NCBI GenBank assembly: GCA_046313635.1
Contig: JBKBYA010000001.1
Coordinates: 958,679 to 1,022,678, forward strand
From: Pyrinomonadaceae bacterium
GTDB taxonomy: Bacteria; Acidobacteriota; Blastocatellia; Pyrinomonadales; Pyrinomonadaceae
Reading direction: 5' to 3'
DNA length: 64,000 nt
Position numbers and translations under genes: made by a program. This document shows positions 58,163 to 64,000 of this stretch, piece by piece. Each line of letters opens with the position of its first letter. The stretch's first letter is position 1. The notes beneath the pieces were generated by a model. That model had not been told where the DNA came from. It did not search any database and was given only the letters and a program-made list of their open reading frames with translations.

Positions 58163-58806
58163 GCCTTTAAATGCTTCCCGGACCGGGGCCGGTGCGCTTT
58201 AACAATAGGATCCAGTATATCTAATCAAAAGCCCGCGTGCAGAGGACGCACGGTGATCAACGGCCATTCTAAAGATTAGTTTCGCTCATAAATTCGGGCC
58301 GGTCGCCGCCGCCGCGGGCTGCTCGCTCTCACACTTGGGCAATTGATGTTCCGCGGGTCTCTCTCGGTCGCAGAGCGCGATCGCGGCGGACGAATAGTCC
58401 CTAATAAATGGCCGTCGCCGACGTCCTCGCACCTGTGCGCCGAGCGCCCGACGGCGGGTCTCGGCCGAGCGGCCGCGGTGCGAGAATTACCGCATGCGTC
58501 GCGAATTTTAGCCCGGAGCGTAAACGGCGGCCGCGATGGCCGCGCGGCGGTCAGGCGGCGCCGGAGCAGGCGGAAATTCATGCCGAAAAGGTGATCTCTG
58601 GAGAGTGACTTTCTCGAGCGACTTAACTATAGTTTTACGAGCGATCGGGCGGGCTGGCCGCTTGCGGGCCGCCGACGCCGCCTCGCAGCCGGAAGGGGCG
58701 CTCGCTCCGGTGATATTCAACATCGGACAGCACCCGCACAAGCTCTCCACCGTGAGCGTTCTTTCGGTCCGGCGATTGCCGCCGCATCCGCACCGATGAT
58801 CCAAAT

Positions 58807-61518
58807 ATGACTTCAAATGCGCCTAACCAGAGGGTTGTCCTAGTCGTGAATGACGCGGTCGACCAGCGCTCGATGATGGAGACCCTGCTCACGCTTGCCG
58901 GCTACTCGGTGCTCATCGCGTCCAGCGGCAGCGAGGGCTATCAAATTGCGTCGTCAAGTCCCGTCGATCTGATCGTCAGCGACGTGGTGATGCCCGGCGG
59001 CGACGGGATCGAGCTGTGCCGGTCGATACGCTCGGAACAGCGATTGGCGATGGTCCCGATCCTTTTGGTCAGCGCTCTTAAGAAGGATGCCGAGAGTGCG
59101 GTCGCCGGCCTGTCGGCGGGGGCCGACGATTATCTCGAGGTGCCGTTTGAGCCTATGCACTTCGTCGCAAAGGTCTCGAGAATGCTCGAGCGCGGGCGGC
59201 TCGAGGAAGAACTCAGAAAGAGTGAGGAGCGCTTTAGAGCGGTCTATGAGAACGCGGCCATCGGCATCGCCCTCGTCGACAAGGACGGCTCGATCCTTGG
59301 CTGCAATCAGTCAATGGAAAAGATGCTCGGCTATACCGAGGAGCAGCTGCGGACCAAGACGCTCGACGAATTGACCGCCACCGCAGACGGCGGGGACGAT
59401 GCCGTGCCCAGCACGCTTCTGTTTGATCCGGGGCAGGAGGGCTATCAGGTCGAGCGGACGTATCGCCGCAGTGACGGCACGCTCATGTGGGGCAGTCTGA
59501 ATGTCTCGAGCGTCAGGTCGGCGGGCGGAGCGGTCGAGTTCTTTGTCGCCATGATAAAGGACATAACGGCTCGCAAGCGCGCCGAGGAGGCACTGCGCGA
59601 GAACGAAGAGCGCTTTCATCTCGTGTCGGCAGCGACCAACGACGCGTTGTGGGATTATGATCCGGTCAGCGGTTCTCTATGGGTCAACGAAACTCACGCC
59701 AATCTGCTCGGATATGACCGTTCAGAGGTGACCCCGAGCTACGATACGTGGAGGAGCGCGCTGCATCCCGAGGACGCCGATCGTGTGATGGCAGAGCTCT
59801 CGGAAGCGGTCGCCAGACGCGATGCGACGTGGAGCAGCGAGTACCGTATCTGCCGCCCGGACGGGTCTCATCTCTGCGTCCTCGATCGCGGAAAGCTGTT
59901 GTACGGCGACGACGGCTCGGTCGTGCGGATGATCGGCGGGATGGTCGACGTGACCGAGCGCAAACTGGTCGAGGCGGCGATCGCGCAGTCGGAGCGCGAC
60001 TACCGGACGATATTCGAGCAGGCTCACGACGCGATCATTATCTTTTCGCCGACACGCTGGACGATACTCGACGCCAACGAGCGAGCGTGCGAGCTGTACG
60101 GACGCCGACGAGATGAGTTTATCGGCAGGCCGATGATCGAGATGCTCAAGTATCCAGACGTCGCGCGCGAACGGATCCAGCGGCTGCTCAACGGCGAGGG
60201 GCCGCTTAACTTTGAGTCGGTGCACGAGCGCTCGGACGGCACGCCGATGTATCTCGAGATCAACTCGTCGCTGGTGGATTACAAGGGCGAGCGCGCCGTC
60301 ATCTCGATCAATCGCGACATCACCGAACGCCGGCGTGCCGCAGAGGAGATCCGCCGCAAGGACGAGCAGCTTCGGCAATCGCAAAAGCTCGAGTCCGTCG
60401 GCCGTCTGGCGGGCGGCATCGCTCACGACTTTAACAATATGGTCACAGCGATCAACGGCTACAGCGAGCTGATCCTGCGGCGGCAGGACCTGGACGCATC
60501 GATCCGCCGGAGCCTCGAGGAGATACGCAAGGCCGGCGATCGCTCGGCAGCGCTGACCAAGCAGCTGCTCGCATTTAGTCGGCGGCAGATGCTTCAGGTC
60601 ATGGTCGTCGACGTCAACGAGATAATCGCCGAGACCAACAAGATGCTGAGGCGTCTGATCGGTGAGGACATTCAACTCAACACGCTGCTGTGCCCTGAAC
60701 TTTGGCCGGTCGAGGCCGACCCGGTCCAGCTGACGCAGGTCATCATGAACCTCGCCGTGAACGCCCGCGACGCGATGCCCGGCGGAGGCACGCTCACGAT
60801 CGAGACCGACAATGTCGAACTGGACGAGCACAGCTCGGAGCGCCGCGGCGTGGCCAGGCCCGGGCACTACGTGAGGATCACCGTTCGCGACACCGGACAA
60901 GGCATCGAGCCCGACGATCTGAAACAGATCTTTGAACCCTTTTTCACCACCAAGGAACTCGGCAAAGGCACCGGTCTCGGCCTAGCGACCGTTTACGGGA
61001 TCGTCAAACAGTCTAACGGGTACATTTGGGCCGACAGCGAGCCGGCCAGCGGAAGTACGTTTACGATCTACCTGCCGCGTATCGCGAACGGCGCTTCTCC
61101 GAGCGAACATCGCGAAGCCGCTGCGGCAATACCGGCCGGCCGCGGCACCGTGCTCGTCGTCGAGGACGAGGACCTCGTGCGCACCCTGACCCGTCAGGTG
61201 CTGGAGCAGTGCGGGTACGACGTCGTCGAGGCACGCGACGGGCTTGATGCTCTCGGCAAGGGCGACGAATTCGGCTGGAAGTTTGACCTGCTGATGACCG
61301 ACGTCGTGATGCCCAATATGGGCGGCCGCGAGCTCGTCGCAAGGCTCGCAGAGCGCGGCTCGCAGGTGCCCGTGCTCTTTACGTCAGGATACACCGACGA
61401 CAATATCATCCGGCATGACGTGATCAAGCCGGACGCGGATTTTATCCAAAAGCCCTTTACGGCTGAATCTCTCGCACACAAGGTAAGAGAAATACTGGGC
61501 CGTGCCGCCTCTCGTTGA
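58807..61518 (+). CDS. Cytoplasmic hybrid sensor kinase REC-PAS-PAS-PAS-HisKA-HATPase-REC
   Basis: DVVMP receiver domains at both ends; three PAS/PAC units ending in [37 protein letters not shown]. Confidence 0.93.
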   Translation: MTSNAPNQRVVLVVNDAVDQRSMMETLLTLAGYSVLIASSGSEGYQIASSSPVDLIVSDVVMPGGDGIELCRSIRSEQRLAMVPILLVSALKKDAESAVAGLSAGADDYLEVPFEPMHFVAKVSRMLERGRLEEELRKSEERFRAVYENAAIGIALVDKDGSILGCNQSMEKMLGYTEEQLRTKTLDELTATADGGDDAVPSTLLFDPGQEGYQVERTYRRSDGTLMWGSLNVSSVRSAGGAVEFFVAMIKDITARKRAEEALRENEERFHLVSAATNDALWDYDPVSGSLWVNETHANLLGYDRSEVTPSYDTWRSALHPEDADRVMAELSEAVARRDATWSSEYRICRPDGSHLCVLDRGKLLYGDDGSVVRMIGGMVDVTERKLVEAAIAQSERDYRTIFEQAHDAIIIFSPTRWTILDANERACELYGRRRDEFIGRPMIEMLKYPDVARERIQRLLNGEGPLNFESVHERSDGTPMYLEINSSLVDYKGERAVISINRDITERRRAAEEIRRKDEQLRQSQKLESVGRLAGGIAHDFNNMVTAINGYSELILRRQDLDASIRRSLEEIRKAGDRSAALTKQLLAFSRRQMLQVMVVDVNEIIAETNKMLRRLIGEDIQLNTLLCPELWPVEADPVQLTQVIMNLAVNARDAMPGGGTLTIETDNVELDEHSSERRGVARPGHYVRITVRDTGQGIEPDDLKQIFEPFFTTKELGKGTGLGLATVYGIVKQSNGYIWADSEPASGSTFTIYLPRIANGASPSEHREAAAAIPAGRGTVLVVEDEDLVRTLTRQVLEQCGYDVVEARDGLDALGKGDEFGWKFDLLMTDVVMPNMGGRELVARLAERGSQVPVLFTSGYTDDNIIRHDVIKPDADFIQKPFTAESLAHKVREILGRAASR

Positions 61519-62130
61519 TCGACGGACAATGTTTATGACGCTATTCGGCCCGCCGGATCGCTCCGCGGGCCGAATGACCGTCGGACGGTCTCGGTCGGTA
61601 ATTTGCGGGTGACGTAAAGGGCCGCGGCAGTGCCTTTGCCGACTTCGCGGCTGCGCTCTGCGGACCCGATCAACCTCGGCGATAGATCATCGTCTAACGC
61701 TAGGCCGGCCTGGCACGTTCGAAAGGCGAGCTCAAAAATTAGGGAACGGAGCTTTGATACCCGACGGGAAAAGCGAAATGGGCGGCAACAAAGTGAGTTC
61801 TCCGGAAGATCACCTGCGGGCAACTGTGAGATCCGAATACCAAAGCTCCGCCCCTCGCTCACAGCAATCACCATTCCGACAGTGATCGCCGCCGCTAAAG
61901 CCCGTGTTTTCGACACGCCGGCGACGTCGAACCCAGCCGGGCCGCGCCGGCGCGGGGCGTTGCGCCCCACCGCGAGGCCAAAACGGCGGCTCATTACGGG
62001 CCGGCGAGAGAGGCCGCAGAGCGTGCGCGGTCTGCTGCCGATGTCTCAAGTTTTCCTCAAGGCACGCGGCCTAGCATCTTCAATACAAAACTTGGACTGT
62101 GCCCCCGCAGCAGAACGGAGAGGAAAAAAT

Positions 62131-62817
62131 ATGAATATTGGGCTGCAGAGCCGGACGTTGTTCTCGGTCGTTTCGCTGATCGCCGCGGGGGCGATCGCTG
62201 CGTTTGGGCAATTGACGGTGTGGTCGCCGGTACAAAGCGCGCCGGCCGTGCCGGCAAGGCGGGCGGTCGAGCGGGTCACGTTCCCGGCGGAATTCAAACT
62301 CTTCAGCCTCGAACGCGCGCCGCTCGAGCAGAATCTTTACTCGATCGTCGACAAGCCCGGCGGATCGACGATCGTCTCGCTGCCGAACGCGAAGGGCGTC
62401 GTTGAGCATTACGAGATCTTTGAGGCGTCAAACTTTGACCCTGAGCTGCAGGCAAAGTTCCCGAACATTCGAGCATACTCCGGACGCGGTCTCACCGATC
62501 GCTTTGCGACCGTCAAGCTCAGCATCTCGCCGCGCGGGCTGCACGGCACGGTCTTTAGAAGCGCGGCCGACAGCTCGGATGCTGAGGCCGGTACCGAGAT
62601 CATCGAGCCGTACTCGGAGGACGCGTCGGTCTACGCCGTCTTCAAGTCTGCGAGGAAGCCCGGCCAGATCCCTTGGGCCTGCAAGTCGCCGGTCGAGCTC
62701 GCGCTCTTTTCGGATTGGAAGCAGCAGCTCGGCATCGGTCTCGCAGAATTGGACGACAGCAACGCACGCGAGATCCGAACGATGCGCCTCGCGCAGTCGG
62801 TCAATGGCGAGTACTCG
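62131..62817 (+). pseudogene. Truncated secreted reprolysin-like zinc metalloprotease (signal peptide, pro-domain, start of catalytic domain)
   Basis: SLPNAKG..EIFEASNFDPELQAKFPNIRAYSG, IEPY, WAC, RTMRLAQSVNGEYS, then similarity stops. No HExxH motif follows. Confidence 0.65.
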
Positions 62818-62891
62818 ACATCGATCGAGCAGATCGGAGCAAACCTGCCGACACGCGGATGCCCCGTAGCGGGAACGATGCCGTCGACCGG

Positions 62892-63382
62892 CAACTGGGC
62901 CTCGGTGCGTCTGCATCTGACGCTGGGCTGTGGAAGGTCAATTACGAATATGGCGAGCTTGATGCAAGCGGGATGTGGTCGCTTCGAAGCACACCGGCAA
63001 TATCGCCCGGCAGACGCTGACGGTTCCTGGAGCGAGCTTTGTTCAGTCGTACCGTTACGACTCTCTCTATCGACTGACCGAGGCGGTCGAGAAAACGGGG
63101 TCGACGCAGAACTGGATTCAAAACTGGAGCTACGATCGATACGGCAACCGCCTCTCTTTCTCGCAGAACATCGCCGGGACATCGACCAACTCAACGCCGG
63201 GGATCAGCGAGCAGACTAACCGGTTCATCGACCTGCAAACATTCGGCTACGACAAGAACGGCAATCTCATTAGCGACAGAGATAAAGGCAATCTCCCGCG
63301 CCAGTTCTCATTCAACGGCGATAATAAACAATCGAAAGTCATCCGCGCCGGCAAGCTGGTCGCCGAGTACTTCTATTCATGA
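62892..63382 (+). pseudogene. Frameshifted, truncated RHS/YD-repeat fragment
   Basis: LGLGASASDAGLWKVNYEYGELD in one frame, shift near 62973, then GNIARQT..YRYDSLYRLTEA..YDRYGNR..YDKNGNL. Ends at the IS boundary. Confidence 0.75.
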
Positions 63383-64000
63383 AAAGGTCAACTAGAGATA
63401 AGCCGATTGTTTCGACACTTTGAGCGCGCGTCGGGAGCGGGGGACTAAGAACATCTTCCCTTATTGACGGTTTTAGAGTTTGATCTTTGACAACTTAGTT
63501 ATCCGTCTGGCGCCTCCGTTTGTGTTTGCGGATGATATCGGCGGTGGCGGCGGCGAGGAGCGTTTCCCAGTCGGTCTCGTTCGGTCGGGTCGGATCGAAG
63601 AGGAGGTCTGCGGTCGTGATCGCCGGAGCGTTCGGGTTCTCGAGCTTTGTGCGTCGTTGTTCGACGATGGCTTCGTAGAGACGCTCGGCGTTCGAAGCGG
63701 CCTGTTTTGCTATCTGGGCTTTTAACTTTCTGCCTTCGATACCGATGCCTGTTCCATAAAGAGTCGGGCGGCCGGAGATCTTTCTGGCCGCCGAAGCCAG
63801 TTTGACGCCTGTCTTCTGACGAGCGAGATGTCGCCAGTGGGCGCGCTTCTCCTGGGTCAGACGCGGGATGCGGTAGATGTAGTCCTCTTTATTGATAAGC
63901 AGGTGATGGACCAGCTCGGCGAGCTTTCTTGCGACGGCGACGACCGCCACATTATGGTTCCTCCGGCGCTGGACGCGTGTGTAGAGAGCACGCATCGGAC
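63379..64000 (-). mobile_element. IS110-family element, 3' part (continues beyond window)
   Basis: Transposase C-terminus plus a 3' non-coding end reading GTTGACCTTTTCAT on the minus strand. It abuts the RHS truncation. Confidence 0.65.
63495..64000 (-). CDS. IS110-family transposase C-terminus with long extension (partial)
   Basis: LYTRVQRRRNHNVAVVAVARKLAELVHHLL matches the IS116/IS110/IS902 C-terminal helix. Confidence 0.75.
   Translation of the reverse strand, partial: PMRALYTRVQRRRNHNVAVVAVARKLAELVHHLLINKEDYIYRIPRLTQEKRAHWRHLARQKTGVKLASAARKISGRPTLYGTGIGIEGRKLKAQIAKQAASNAERLYEAIVEQRRTKLENPNAPAITTADLLFDPTRPNETDWETLLAAATADIIRKHKRRRQTDN

Noticed and set aside
58163..58806. Short ORFs or an FNR box between hemA and the sensor kinase
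   Set aside because: The ORFs are Arg/Ala-rich without motifs, and no convincing TTGAT-N4-ATCAA was found.
61519..62130. ncRNA or small gene in the 600-bp gap after the sensor kinase
   Set aside because: No recognisable RNA family, repeat or credible coding signal by eye.
61630..63219. 529-aa ORF as a single gene
   Set aside because: Only 62131-62817 looks like protein. The 5' part is non-coding-like and the 3' part is an off-frame read of the RHS fragment.

Overview
GC-rich bacterial chromosomal window whose gene content suggests Acidobacteriota, probably Blastocatellia-like (inference). From left to right it holds: a secreted module (beta-propeller C-terminus, BON protein, C1A papain protease, uncharacterised Cys-His-Asp protein); a Tat-exported sulfatase split by a frameshift; a reductive pyrimidine-catabolism cluster (hydA, NCS1, mmsA, beta-ureidopropionase, RidA, preT, preA) with a divergent GTP cyclohydrolase II-like, a VOC and a GNAT gene, interrupted twice by GxxExxY nuclease-fold genes in inverted repeats; a divergent APH-kinase/acyl-CoA dehydrogenase pair; pilMNO(P)Q; three c-type cytochromes (ImcH/NapC-like 8-heme, monoheme, 9-heme) divergent from System II maturation genes; an exonuclease-DNA ligase-truncated UvrC operon; an ECF sigma/kinase pair; a Ser/Thr signalling cluster (FHA-protease, two kinases, PP2C, TPR protein); a complete hemACDENHYBL operon with three gene-less palindromes; a hybrid histidine kinase; and a decayed end (truncated metalloprotease, RHS fragment, IS110). 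Best novelty candidates: (1) the GxxExxY cassettes plus related 9-nt-periodic solo palindromes as a possible mobile or REP-like system, (2) a UvrC lacking GIY-YIG inside the ligase operon, (3) the altered GCH-II in pyrimidine catabolism, (4) the FHA-protease/kinase circuit. No rRNA, tRNA or CRISPR array was recognised. All calls come from motif reading by eye, without database searches.
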